From positions 301,551 through 365,550 of the forward strand of contig BFEA01000006.1 in assembly GCA_003427395.1 (NCBI GenBank): DNA of 64,000 bases. Reading direction: 5' to 3'. The notes under the pieces are model-generated. The model worked only from the letters and a program-made list of their open reading frames with translations. It searched no databases and had not been told where the DNA came from. The translations under genes and the position numbers were made by a program. The DNA comes from Chara braunii. Lineage: Eukaryota > Plantae > Charophyceae. Shown here piece after piece: positions 37,960 to 50,719 of the stretch. Each line of letters opens with the position of its first letter. The stretch's first letter is position 1.

Positions 37960-40900
37960 TCATCCTACTTCGTCCCCTGATCAATCACATCAGAATCAAA
38001 GGGTTGTTAGATTGTGGAGCCACCAAGAACTTCGTCTCCCAGTGCTGTCAAGAAACTGCACTTGGGCATGAAAGTTCAACAACTGCTGCCTCCGTGTAAG
38101 TCAGGATAGGTGACTCCACTGTCCTCACCATCAGGGAGAAGGTCAGGGGTATACCTGTTACCTTCGAAAGTGTTGGAGAAGTCAGACATTCCCTGATCTA
38201 CCCTTTGATCTGGTATTCTCTATACAGTGGCTGAGGGCGGTCAACCCTAGGATTGACTGGCAGATCCCTAAGGTTGAACTCCCCAATGGGCAGGGGGTGT
38301 ATCAGCCTTGCATGATAGCCGCTGATCACCACCCTAAGACTAGTTGCTACTGTTTGAGAGCGAGGGAGTTTTATTCTTTCTCGCGCCAGTATGACCACGA
38401 GCGTCTGTTTCTAGCTCTGGTCAAGCAAACATACATTGCATCTGTTTCATGTCCTCCGAGGGAGTTTTATTCTCTCTCGCGCCAGTATGACCACGAGCGT
38501 CTGTTTCTAGCTTTGGTCAAGCGAACAGACACTGCATCTGTTTCCTGTCCTCCTGAGATACAGCAGGTTGTGGACCAGTATGTCGATCTGATGCAGGAGC
38601 CCTTTGGATTACCCAATCGGCCAACCAAGCATCACATTGAGCTGCTACCTGGAGCGGTCCCTCCTAAGGCCCGCATCTACAAGATGTCCCCTGCTGAGCT
38701 TGAGGAGCTCAGAAAGCAGTTAGAGACCCTGCCCAGCAAGGGCTGCATACGACCGAACACATCTGAATTTGGCGCATCAGTGCTCTTCGTCCCGAAAGGG
38801 AATGGAGAATTTAGAATGTGCATCAATTACAGGAATCTCAATAAGATCACTAGAAAAAGTACAGAGCCTATTCCTAGGATCGATGACCTTCTAGATATGG
38901 TACAGGGTTGTACAGTGTTCAACAAAGTCGATCTCAAATCTGGGTACCATCAGATTGAGATGGCAGAGGAGGATGTCCACAAGACAACCTTCAAAACCAG
39001 ATATGGTACTTACGAGTATCTGGTTATGCCATTTGGACTTTGCAATGCCCCAGGTACCTTCCAGACTGAGATGCACCGCATCTTCAGGCCTTACTTGGAC
39101 AAGTTTATGGTTGTCTATCTAGATGACATTCTGATATTCAGCCGGACTATCAGGGAACATGCGGAGCAGTTGGCTCTAGTTCTTCAGTCATTACGTGACA
39201 ACCAGTACAAAATTAACAGGGAGAAGTCCTCTTTTGGGGTTCCCTCTGTTATCTACCTGGGTCATGTAATCTATGGAGATGGTTTGGCTCCTGAAGCAAC
39301 CAAGATACCTGCTGTTCAAGAGTGGCCACAACCTCAGACAGTGAGAGATGTTCTGTCCTTCATGGGTTTGGCCTCGTACTACAGAAAGTTTGTCAGAAAC
39401 TTTTCTGCAGTGGCTACACCCCTTATCAACTTAACAAAGAAAGACACTCCTTTCCTTTGGTCTCTTCCCTGTCAGTTGGCCTTCACACGACTCAAGAAGG
39501 CCTTGACTCGTGCACCAGCGCTGAAGTTGCCTGACCCCACCTTGCCATTCATCCTGACCACTGATGCCAGTCAGTATGACATTGGGGTAGTTCTTCACCA
39601 AGATGATGGGAATGGTCTACGACCTGTAGAGTTCATGAGCAAGAAGATCAAGACTCGAAAGCTTCAGCACTCTACCTACGAGAAGGAGCTATATGCTCTT
39701 GTCTGTGCCGCACTTTCCTTTGGGAAGACACTTCAAGATCTTCTTTGATCATTCCACCTTACAGTGGATGAAATCCCTGGGAGATTTGAATGACAAACTG
39801 GCACGCTATATTCAGTTCATTGACATGTTTGACTTTGAATTGAAACATAAGGAGGACTGCTACAATAAGGTAGCAAATGGCCTCTCTTGTAGGTCTGACT
39901 CTTTTGCACCGATCTCCTCCACTCACTCCTTTGGAGAGGAGACCCGTCAGACCATTGCTCGTCTACTGCCTTAGAACCCGACTTATGGACCCATAGTCAG
40001 GAATTTGCAAGTGGATCGGAATTCTGAACCCGACTACGCCCAAAGTTCAGACTTGCTGTATACCTACAGCAGAGGTGAGGAACGCTTATGCATTCCCCAG
40101 GACCAGCGACTCAGGACACTGCTGATGTCAGAGTGTCATGATGCGCGCAAACATTTTGGGTTCTTAAAGTCATATGCTGCCCTGTCGCAGCGCTTCTTCT
40201 GGAAGGAGATGCGGAGTGATCTGCTACACTATGTCTAAACCTGTGAGCTTTGCCAGAGAAATAAGGTCCAGCGTAGACCTCCTCTGGGACTGCTCAAAAC
40301 CTTACCCATACCTGATGGTCCTGCTGAATCTGTGTTATTGACTTCATAGATCTAGGCAAGACCACCCCTCGTGGCATGCGTTAGGTAATGGTCTGTGTGG
40401 ACAGGTTCTCTAAGTACGCAAAGTTCATCCCCTTGCCAGAAGTAGCTAGGGTTCCCGCTGTGAGAGCAGCGTTTTCAGAGAGGTGGGTTACTCACCATGG
40501 ACCGACCACTTCTATAGTCAGTGATCGAGATCCACGATTCTGCAGCAAGGAGTGGCAATCCTACTGTAAGGATTACCTACACTCACGACTGGACATGACT
40601 TCTGCTCATCACCCTGAAGCCAATGGTCAGGCTGAAGTGATGAAGCAGGTACTGTTCCAATTACTACGTCCTGTCATCTCCCCAGATCAACAGGACTGGG
40701 ATCTCCACTTGGCTCGTGTCGTGCACAGCTTGTATAACACGTCTATCCACTCCTCCACTGGGTTCAGCCCATACCGGTTGCACTGGGGATGTGAACCACG
40801 ACAGCCTCTCAATGATATCATCGATAAGGCTAAGTCTGATCTGACACCAGGCACTGCAGAGTTTGCTAGACGCTATCGCATAGATGTGGAAAGAGCACGG

Positions 40901-41360
40901 GGGAACTTGGTCAAAGCTCAAAAGGCTATGATTGAACAAGTTAAACGCCATAGGCGGCCTTCCTCCATCCGTTATTGACTATGTCTGGGTGGCCAGTTCT
41001 GAGTTGTCGAGGGAGGAGGATATCTCCCCCGAGCTGTTGCCTCGTTATTTGGGTCCATGGCAGGTCTTAGATACAGTGGGTTCTGATCCATTTGGACCGT
41101 CATACGTCATCGGCGTTCCACTGCATCTGCAGACCTATCCAGTCTTTCATGCATCCAAGCTGCTCCCCTTCACCGCAGCTTATGCGTTCCCCGACCGGCC
41201 TCCTCAGTTTGGTCCACCAATCCTTGGCAAGGGATATGACGTGGAGTCCATTGAGGACGAGTGGGGCACTGGCCCTTCCAGCCTCATACTGAGGACAAAT
41301 GGTTTACCCAGAAGGAACTTCTCAAGACAGCAAAGTCTGTAGTTTTATGTTACGAGGCGG
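37960..41360 (+). pseudogene. pol of element 1: aspartic protease, RT, RNase H, integrase, chromodomain-like tail
   Basis: Motifs GLLDCGATKNFVS; [29 protein letters not shown]; LTTDASQY; VCVDRFSKY, IVSDRDPRF, HPEANGQAE; RYLGPW; YDVESIEDEW. Confidence 0.92.
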
Positions 41361-41440
41361 CCAAGAAGGGAAACCTTCCTCGGCGATCTCCTCGTCTACA
41401 CCCCTAGCGCAAAGGTCCTCGCTCCCCGGGGGGGTAAGTC

Positions 41441-42552
41441 TGCAATGGCTTGCTGATTTCTACTGTCGAGATCTGACTGTTGTACAGTTGCGTCTTAGGG
41501 TCAGATTTGTAATTTTATTTGTGTCAGGGACTAACCGCCAGTTTAGTCTTCAGAGGAATTCATGAGGGACATATCCGCAATTTCTGGGAAAATTGCAGAC
41601 CCGAGTTCCCCTTAGCCGTTATTGCCCTTAGCAGACCCGGGCTATCACTGAGACAGCCGGCCCATCCGGGCCCTGGGCTGTAGAGATGGAATAGGCGCCG
41701 TATAGCCGGGTAGGGCCCAGGCCGAACAGGCGAAACTGATGTGGTACCGGTCCAGTAGGTCTAGGTCTAGAGTAGGCTAGTCTATTAATAGGACTGAGCC
41801 GGTAGGTTAGGGACTTTTGCCGTTTCATTTTTGCGATACAGTGTTCTGAGCCAAGCAAGTTTGCTGGTGGTGATGGTCTACAGGCGGCATCCTGAGACCC
41901 TCTTCGTGGACGGCAGCCATAGCCAGTTTGCCTGTGTTTGCCATAGCTGGGGCACCCTCTGCGCATCTACCCCTGAGGGTATCTGCGATTGGCTGGGCTG
42001 TTCTGAGGCACTTCACTGAGTGTATGTGGGTGGACCACTGTCGCCCTTCGCTCCCCGGAGATTGTCAGGGTTTCGTCAGTGGTGTGGCAGCATAGCTGCC
42101 GTCTTCTTGGTCGGAGTTACTCATCGGCACTAAAGACTTCATCGCGATTCATGTTCTTCATCTGGATGGCTGGCGCTGGCCTCGGGAAGGCGGATTCTGT
42201 GTTGCGCTACTAACTGGGTGTGGAATAGAGAGTGGTGTGTGGAGTTCTGAGGGTGGCGAGACACTGGGATAAACTCTGTAACGACTATTGGTTTGAGTTG
42301 GCTCATCATCAGTGTGATTCCGATTCTTCTCCTCGCAGGTGTCTTCTTGTGATTGGTTGTTGGGAGTCTGTCAGAGAGTGAGAATCGCTGTGTGTCTCTC
42401 CCCATCTGTGCATGGTTGAATTCCGCTGCTTATCTTTGTCTGTGTGCAGTTTGGACTCTGTCTCCTCTCCCCTTTGTCTGGTATGTGTATGGGCGTGTGT
42501 CAGACACTCTGTGTGTGAGTGGCGAGAAAATCGTCAGACAACCAAGTTCATA

Positions 42553-42555
<3 letters not shown>
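41441..42555 (+). repeat. 3' LTR of element 1 (extra 207 bp at 41499-41705)
   Basis: Colinear with the 5' LTR apart from the extra segment; ends cataaca. Confidence 0.92.
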
Positions 42556-42616
<61 letters not shown>

Positions 42617-42880
42617 CCAGAGGGTCAAGAGTGAGAGTTCGTCTTCGGGTGTGCTTGCTGGCCTCCATAATCACACAGCTTGCTGTACGCGGACTTGTTG
42701 AGTTGTCATATCACGTGTTGCTTTCCGTCTCTTGTATACTGAAGTGTGTAACTCAGGTGTGGGATGATTTGTTGGTTTGAAGTCTGGTCTCTCATTACAA
42801 TCAAACCTATTGGCAGCGTTCTTATCACTGTTCTGTGTGCTGTGTGGTTTGCCCTGTTGGCCATGTGGTTCTTTTTGTAG

Positions 42881-42964
42881 TTAACTCCACAAATGCGTAC
42901 AATGCTTGACAATCCCCGCGTAAGAGAGATGCTCCAAAGCCCAGACTTCATTCAGCAGATGCAG
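42881..42964 (+). CDS. DSK2: Ubiquilin/DSK2-like gene, 84-bp exon (second STI1 region)
   Basis: Acceptor ctttttgtAG at 42879-80 (phase 0). Encodes LTPQMRTMLDNPRVREMLQSPDFIQQMQ, like plant DSK2 LNPQLRSMLDxNPQLREMMQNPEFLRQ. Donor CAG|GTGGGT at 42965. No UBA exon was found in the window. Confidence 0.85.
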
Positions 42965-43599
42965 GTGGGTTGCCCTCTGGTATTGTGTTTGCATTTAGCT
43001 TTGATCATTCACACGTCGACAGGAACAGTTGGCTTGTACCCTAATTGTTGTCAGATAGGGAATGGATTTCTGTCTTTTTCGATGAGGTTTGAAATATGGC
43101 TTCCAGTGCGCTGACCTCTTTTCGTTGGTAGTTTGAGACATCATTCCCATTCCTCTTATGTTTGGTTTGGTGTATTGTACGACTAGTTCACCATACCTGC
43201 AAAGTAAAGATGCTTAGGCCCTTTTGTCTCTTATGTGCAGAAGTCTGAGCTTACCAGGTAGTTGCCTGGGCCGGACTCAAAATGGGCCCAGTTGCTTCTG
43301 AGGCCGCGACCTTCACTTATGGCCAGCCTGGACTTGCTTGCATGGTGGCCTGCCATGCCCTTAGGTACCGTCATTCTTGTTGTTGCGTCCCTTTGAGAGC
43401 CCTCTCATACTGTGCAACCAATTGGGGCACACACTTGACCCTTTTGTAAACCACCTCTCTTTTCTTGGATGGATCAACATGATGCCTGAAGCAGACTTGA
43501 AACTGCAATTGAGATTCAGTTGTCTTCCTGTCCCTGGTGGCTGGCCCACATGATTGGAGGAAGCATGGATCGATGAGGAGAAAACTGATTGCTCTTTGA

Positions 43600-45520
43600 A
43601 AAGGGCAAAAAACTTGAAAAATGTTTTGTCGAATTAAAAACTGGGTGAGGAAGAAGGTAAGAAGGGACATCAATCACATGTGTATTGGACCTTCAGGATC
43701 ATATCCTACATGTCGAAGACAGTCCATGGTCTTTGTAGTATTGTCGGAAACTCTGACGACTTAACCCATGCCAAATCACCAACCTGGAAAGTAGGTATCA
43801 GTCTATGCTGATTGTCTGATTCTATCATGGCCCTCTGATATTTCTGTAGCTCTCTACAGTTCTCTGGAACACTCGAGGGCCTATTCAAGATTTCCAGGTG
43901 CTGACTGTGTTTTAGAGTGTGCAAGCAGAAAATGTAAGGGGGTTGTGGGTTCCCATCCTAAATGCACTTGTTGGGTGATCAACCTGTGACTCAATGGACA
44001 GCGTTATTAACTTATTATACAGCCGAGCTATGGCTGTGTAATCATCTGTCCAGCGTGGCCATTATCTTCATGGTGATCCTTGAAGTTATCTTCAGTTCTG
44101 ACCTTAGCTAAAGTCCTGCTACAGTTCACTTGTGAAAAGCACATCCCTATCACTTTAACCACCAGTACCTCCACGGTTTTAGGCCGTTAACATGGTGGCT
44201 GAATCGGTCCGCCGTGCGGGTCCATATGCATTTGCATCAGAGGGGGCCTAAGACCCACTGGGGTACTGGTGGTTTTAGTTTTGGGTAAAATGAGATCCTT
44301 TATCCAGTCATTGGTGAACCTTCGGCTGGACGGAAGGAAGCGTGAGTGTGTTTCATGATATAATATTCTATTGCCGGTGGAATAGGAACCGACGAACGCT
44401 CCCCAGATCGGAAATGGAGCCAGGGACATAAGGACCTGTTTAAAAAAAGTACAGGTATTCTGACCGTACGTTGTATTCGGGGGAAGAAGGTAGCAAGTTC
44501 TTGTTGAAGCATCAGCTACCACATTATACTTTCCTTTTCTCATTCTGTAGGATGAAACTGTGCATGTTTATGACTTGTGTCTAACACTTGACAGCATCAG
44601 AATGTGTGGGCTGTGTCTTGCCTATGGCGTAATGCTTTCAGTATCTCAGTGTCTCAGGGCCATATCAGCTGACTGCATAGAACTCCCTTTGATAGGTGGA
44701 ATTTGCGCAAGTTTTGAGATTATATCTTTTGAAATGTGTTCTCAATTGGTCTCAACTTACCCCCCTCGAATTCCTGTAGCATTGTGATATCCCATACTGA
44801 CTAGCAGTAAATGGCTTGTTAGGTATTGCAATCTTTAGAATTGGGTAGTTAGTGAGGGTCGTGCTTGAAAGCTTGCCCGTGCACGATACTCCATTCCCAA
44901 GGCGTATTACGTCGTGTAAGATCAGTCGATGGACCAGTATCTATATATTGTAGTTCTCTAAGAATGATCTATGCAAGTGCTTGAGCCCACTCACACACGT
45001 TACTCTCCTGGCCATACCCATGAAAGATCTGATCAGAGGCACAGAGTGCAATATCGGCCAGTTCTTAATGGCCACAGCTTTCTCATCCTCGGGCCTCAGA
45101 CTGTCCTGAGCGATCTCATGGCCCAGATTCAAGGCTCTAAAGCGGCGAAACTCGCATTTTCTATATTGATCTTGTACTAGTGCTTTCGGAGGAGATCTAG
45201 GACTACATTACATGCTCTGGTCCTCCAACATCTAACTAAAGGCAAGGATATTGTTGAGATAGACACCAATGAACTTATCTGCGAAGTCGTGAAACACGCT
45301 GTTCGTAGCATGCTGGAAAATCCTGGGTGCATTGAGAGAGCCCAAACGGCATCCTGACAAACTCATAGAGACTAAAGCGTGTTTGGGAGGCTGTCTTGTG
45401 CTGATCCTCGGGTCTTATTTGGATCTGGTGCCCTAAGATATGGTGGTACCCTAACCTGATAGATCTATCTTACTGAATTACTTACATCTATGGAGTCCAT
45501 CCAAGATGCACGGTAAGGCT
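43600..45520 (-). mobile_element. Heavily decayed Ty3/gypsy pol remnant
   Basis: Minus-strand peptides LGHEIAQDSLRPEDEKAVAIKNWP..RSFMGMA, RKGKYNVVADAS and QRAMIESDNQHRLIPTFQVGDLAWVKS. Confidence 0.7.
44158..44273. mobile_element. 116-bp MITE with ACCACCAGTACC TIR and TTTA target-site duplication
   Basis: TTTA|accaccagtacc...ggtactggtggt|TTTA. Confidence 0.85.
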
Positions 45521-47182
45521 CAGTGTTACGCACTGTGATGGCATTGAGGTTCCCTGTAGTCAATGTTCGTACTCGTGAGGTACTTCACCTCATCGGTTCC
45601 TTCAATTGCGTGCGTAGTCCAGAACGAAAACCTTGTGCTTGTTGGCCAACGATCATGTCAAATGGTATTTCACCGCTGAGCAGAACAGAAAACGGGTGCC
45701 TAATCTTTGACTTTGCATGAGAGAAGGAGAGCATGCTAAATTCTTAATGCAGTCCAGAACAAAAACCTTGTGCTTGTTGGCCAACTTCTATACTACAAGT
45801 CTACTTAGTGGCTGCATCCTGTCTGTAAGGAACAGTTTCATGACACCGGCTTGACTGATGTAACGTTGAGTCAATCCTATATTACATCACGGGCGTTTAC
45901 TGCTGGTCAGCTCTCCCTTTGAATCTTTTGCCGTAGTTACCCATGGGGCCATAGCTTTTTTGGCAATGTCGCCGTCAACTCTTTTAAGGATTCGGTCACA
46001 TCTTGAGAACATAGCATCTCCTGGTCAGACTGTGACTGGGGGGTAACAACAAGGTAAGTAGCTATGAGGAGGGAGTGTCATGCAAGCTGCCGCCCCTCTA
46101 CTACGGACCGCGGCCTATTCTCAAGGCACTAGGTGATGAGTCTTGTGGAGCCGCCACATAGTGGCTGTTCCTCCACATCTGTGTAAGTATCAGGTGTTTC
46201 ATTTATCTGAACTTCATACTTGCACTAACTTAGATGAATGTCCCAGCAGCTGTATTGTGAGCCTGTGATGCACTCTGTGCAGAACCCTAGGTTCTTTCTA
46301 GCTCGAAGGGACCTTGCTTCTGGGTCGGTCGGAGTGCGATGACCCAGACATAATTGGCCTGAGATTTGTACTGTTGACTGAGTATTGCTGCTTGATGGTC
46401 TGATTTCCTGAGACTTCCGTGTTCTGTGCAAGCTTGGTGTTTGCTTTCATATCCCTAAGTCACCATGGGATGATTGCTATGCAGAGTGCTAACTGTGTGC
46501 TTGCGATGTGTTTTCTGTCCCCCTGCAAGGGGTAGAATGAAAATAGGGAAACCTTAGGGCCAAGACTGAAATTGGGTACAGGGCGCAGTTGTAGAAAGGC
46601 CAGGACGGACAGGCACACACAAGTAGAATTTGGCTAGTACTTGATAGGGGATTCCACCTGTTCGGGTAGGCACGGCAGAGGTTCGGTAGGCTGAGAAGGA
46701 CCTGGTAGCTTCCAAAAGGTCACAAGTAGTGAGGGCCCATATGCCTATATAGCGTGGAAGCTAGATCTAGGCCCTGAAGTAGGATTACAGGCTGCAATAA
46801 TGTTCCCGCCAAAAGGTAGAAATGCCTCAGAGGCCTAGCACAATGGAAAGACAGTCGTACCACAGGCAAAGTGAGGCCAGAGGCCGACTTGCAAAAGTAT
46901 ATCATTGGGGCACAATGAGTGAAGCTGTATCCTTCCAGGCACTCGTACCTCTGCTCTGCGCAGAGGGTGAAGCTTGGCACAACTCTGCTGAGTGGTGGAG
47001 CTGGAGGGTGGACAAGAAGAGCTCCATGGCTATGGAGTGGTAGACGGGGGGAGAAGGCCTAGGCTATTGAGGTAGACGGTGAAGTGTCTCAGGCCAGGAT
47101 ACAGAGAAGGTGTAGAGGATGAGAATGGGGGAGAGAGGAAACAGCAAGAGAAATTCACCGTAAGCGATCTTCACTTCTATGG

Positions 47183-47237
47183 CTAACCCTTCATCTAGAA
47201 GGCGCCTTAACCCTTCATCTAGAAGGCGCCTTAACCC
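47183..47237. repeat. 24-bp tandem repeat, ~2.3 copies
   Basis: Unit taacccttcatctagaaggcgcct. Confidence 0.85.
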
Positions 47238-49241
47238 TTCATCTAGAAGGCGCCTTCCGGGTGCCGGTTGGTTTTGAACTTCATCCGAGAGTGTAGCTAT
47301 CGTGGAATGAGATGGGAGAGGCATAGTAGTGATTGTGTTGTCTACGTGATGAGTATGGATGGCCCGCCATAGTGGTAGTTGCAGCCGACAGAAGAGAAGT
47401 GAGCGTATTGCCGAAAGGAGGGCTGTTTGACTGCTGGCAGCAAGGGGGAATGCTCGGGCTTTTCATTTGTTCTTTTGTTATTGTATTTAATTGGAAGGGA
47501 GAAGAAGTGAGAGGGAAGACATTGTTTCAGCTTGTGTAACAGCTTGTACTCTTTTCTTGATTCCGTTCCGCCCTTTCTCTCTCTACACTTCTGCTTTTGA
47601 GTTTCAACAAGTCTTGAATTTTCTCGCAATCGAGTTTTCCGTTTTGAATGTAGGATCAAATAGTGGAAAAGACGAAAAATGATAGAAAAGCCTCTGTTCT
47701 TGCCCTCGCCAATTTTGTCCCAATTTTGTGCCCTTGGGCAATGATGTGTAAATGTATCACAGGATATGGTACATGCCCGGATTTCTGCTGGAAATTCTAA
47801 GTTGCATGAGAGTGTGGTGTGTACGAAGTTCAAACATGTGTCGAGCGTCTTGAGTGCGGCAATGACTCTTTTAATTTCAGAGAGCATGCATTCCTTTATG
47901 ACATACGCAGTGAAATTAACTTCGGATGCCTGTTTTCTGTCTCCAATGGGCCGTTTCTGTTTGTGTGTTTGTTGTTTTAGCGGATGTTTCAAATGCAGAG
48001 CCTCTGGGCTCCACAGCTCCAAGCACTGCAAGGCTTAGGTGGAGCCATGTGAGTTGGCTCACCCCTTTCCTTCTTTGCCAGAAAATAATGATCTCTCGGC
48101 CTCTGGAAATGAAGTTGCTGACTTCTTTGTCCCTGCATGTTGGATGTTGAGGCACATTCTGACAGGGGCAAGATGGTCGGTTGTTTTTGGGGCCCATGAA
48201 AGCTCGAGGATGGCAAGGCTGGTACATGCTGAGTTGCAACGTGGTCATTTGGGGGTGTTCTTTTTCCCTTTGTTTTTCTTGTTTCTTTCTTTATCCCGTT
48301 TTTTTAAACAGAAAACGGAAGGATTCGGGTCCTAAAGACAGCAATGCTCTGTCTTTGACTTATAGCTTCGGCCAAATCAAAATTCTGCGGAGAAAGTCAG
48401 GCTGCAGTGTCCTAGAGGCACAAGCCAAAGTCCTCTTGTCAATAGCCTAAAGGGCCCAGTCTTCAGACTGGATTATCTAGGGCGTGAGAAAGTCAACCCA
48501 GGCCTTGAGAAAGTCAACAGTCAGACTCTACCAGGTGCAGCAGTAAACGAGTCGAAGATTTCTTAAGAAGCCGACGGTGGCTACATGTGACACATCAATC
48601 CAGAGGCTGACAAATTGTCTCCAGATGCCTTCAGGGCATGGGTCCAGGCAGCACCACACAGGATGCAGGGAAGGCTACTCAACGCTACATATCTGGCCTA
48701 CTGCCAGTCGTTCATTCGCCCTGGTTCATGCTACTTGAGCGCTGCTGTGTGCTAGGGGCTAGAGAGAGAGAGAGAGAGAGAGAGCAGGGACTTAGTGACT
48801 ATTCTAGGGAGGCCATGCCACTAGCTTCGGACTCAATACTCTTCTGGTGACAACTGTGGATTTTGGGAGACTTATTATTCAGGCGTTGCAGAAGGGCATT
48901 CACGCTCTAGTTCTCTCCACTCCTCGTCTCCACCTCTCCTCCATCATTTCCATAGTCTATGATTTGCTCCCCAGGAGTATTTACTCTCTAGTTCTCCCTC
49001 TCTCTCCACTCCTCGTCTCCATTTCTCCTCCACCATTTTCATAGTCTATGGTTGTGCTCCCCATGAGTATGTTCTCCTCCTTCCACCCTCCTGTATGATG
49101 ATTGCGTGAGATGCAGTCTTGAGATTGATGAGTCAGGCATGGTATTTTTAGTCTTCCGCGTGCATTGTGTTGTGATGGCATGTGTCTTTCTGCATTTTGG
49201 CGATTCCTTGGTTTTAACACTGAGCCCATCTTTTGGCAGGC

Positions 49242-49296
<55 letters not shown>

Positions 49297-49321
49297 NNNN
49301 NNNNNNNNNNNNNNNNNNNNN

Positions 49322-49368
<47 letters not shown>

Positions 49369-49742
49369 CAGAGATCAGAGAGAGGAGTAGGTTTTATGTG
49401 TCATAGGAAGGGAGATGCCATAGCCTATGCCTGAGTGTTGGTATTGCAATTGAAGGAGGAGACCGTGCTCTGTTCAAGAAGGCTGGTGTTGCATGTTTGG
49501 TGTTGTTCTCCCAAGGCCAGTGTCCGAGTAATATTAACTCAGGGAGGGTTATTCTGAATTGGCCAGGTGTTGTGAGATTGGAGAGCTGCTACACCAGCGG
49601 TCGGTGATAGGAGGGTGGCAGGGCTGGAGGGGGCGACTCTGGTGGATGAAGAGCAAGGAGAACAACACATTATCTACCCACCATTATATTGGCATTTGGA
49701 CTTGTACTGCATGCCAAGTCATTTTTTCCTTTGGGCCTTCTC

Positions 49743-50719
49743 TGCAATCAGACTCGCTTTCTTCTTCACTTCGCATACATGCAAACAGATGGCAATTCAC
49801 ACTGGCGCCAGGCGCCCACTCAAAGCTCAGAGATATGGAAACCAAAAGCACAGTTCAGATGCAAACTCGCCTCATCCAGCTATGGCGCAACAGCGCCCGT
49901 ACACCCAACTCTCGTCACTGTGTTTCCAACACCACTGTTCGCATGTACTCCACTCTGGATCCACCTGAATACTCCACGCACCCGTACTCGGTCTCACACA
50001 CACACACACTCTAGCCTCTATCTCTAACCTATGGCGGCTATGGCCGCTCGCTACCACTATGGCTATGCTATCTTCTTCTTGCCCACTTCGGCTTCGTGCG
50101 CTCTGCAGACCACCTCGCACAAGACGCTGGGGCAGCGCTTCTGCATGGCTTACGCAGCGAATGAATGAATGGCTGGGCGCTGCCTCTTGATTTATACTTC
50201 TGTAACTCGTTGGTCTGCCCCTTTCCCAGGCCCTTGGTGCACACAGTCCCACACGGTACTTGCTTGACTGGACTCTGACTGACTGGGACCGGTACTGCTG
50301 ACTGCATGGGTTTGCACTGCCAACTTGATGCAGTCACACTGCCGACGTAAGACAGTTGGGCTCACCACTTGCCCACTTGCCTCTGGCCAAACGTGAGGCA
50401 ACTTCGAAAGGCCACTTCCGGACCTTCCGGAAGTCTGCGGACTTGGCCTTTCGAGTACTGTAGCAGCTACGACCTTGACTCTACGACCTTGACCTTTCAG
50501 CTACGACCTCTACAGAGCTCTGACTCCTAATCGACAGACCTACAGATCGAACCCCTACCACTACACAGACCTACGACAGCCGACAAACAACTACCAAAGC
50601 GCAGGTCACGGGTTCAAACACTCGGGGGTCGACTCGATATTGTACATGGGCAAAGTGAGGTCTGGGAATCGAACTCTAGGGCCCGCATCTGTGACTGCAG
50701 AAAGGTGAAAACCGATTCA
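49743..50719 (-). repeat. 3' LTR of element 2
   Basis: Colinear with 60902-61884; TG/CA termini. Confidence 0.9.

Larger units (their letters stand above)
33696..42555 (+). mobile_element. Full-length but disabled Ty3/gypsy chromovirus-like LTR retrotransposon (element 1)
   Basis: TG...CA LTRs at 33696-34601 and 41441-42555. PBS TGGTATCGGAGC at 34604; G-run PPT-like tract at ~41428-41434. Domain order gag-PR-RT-RH-INT-chromo-like, broken by stops and frameshifts. Both flanks are (TG)n. Confidence 0.95.

Noticed and set aside
47342-48031. 229-aa minus-strand ORF
   Set aside because: No recognisable motif or splice context; probably a chance ORF in repeat-derived sequence.
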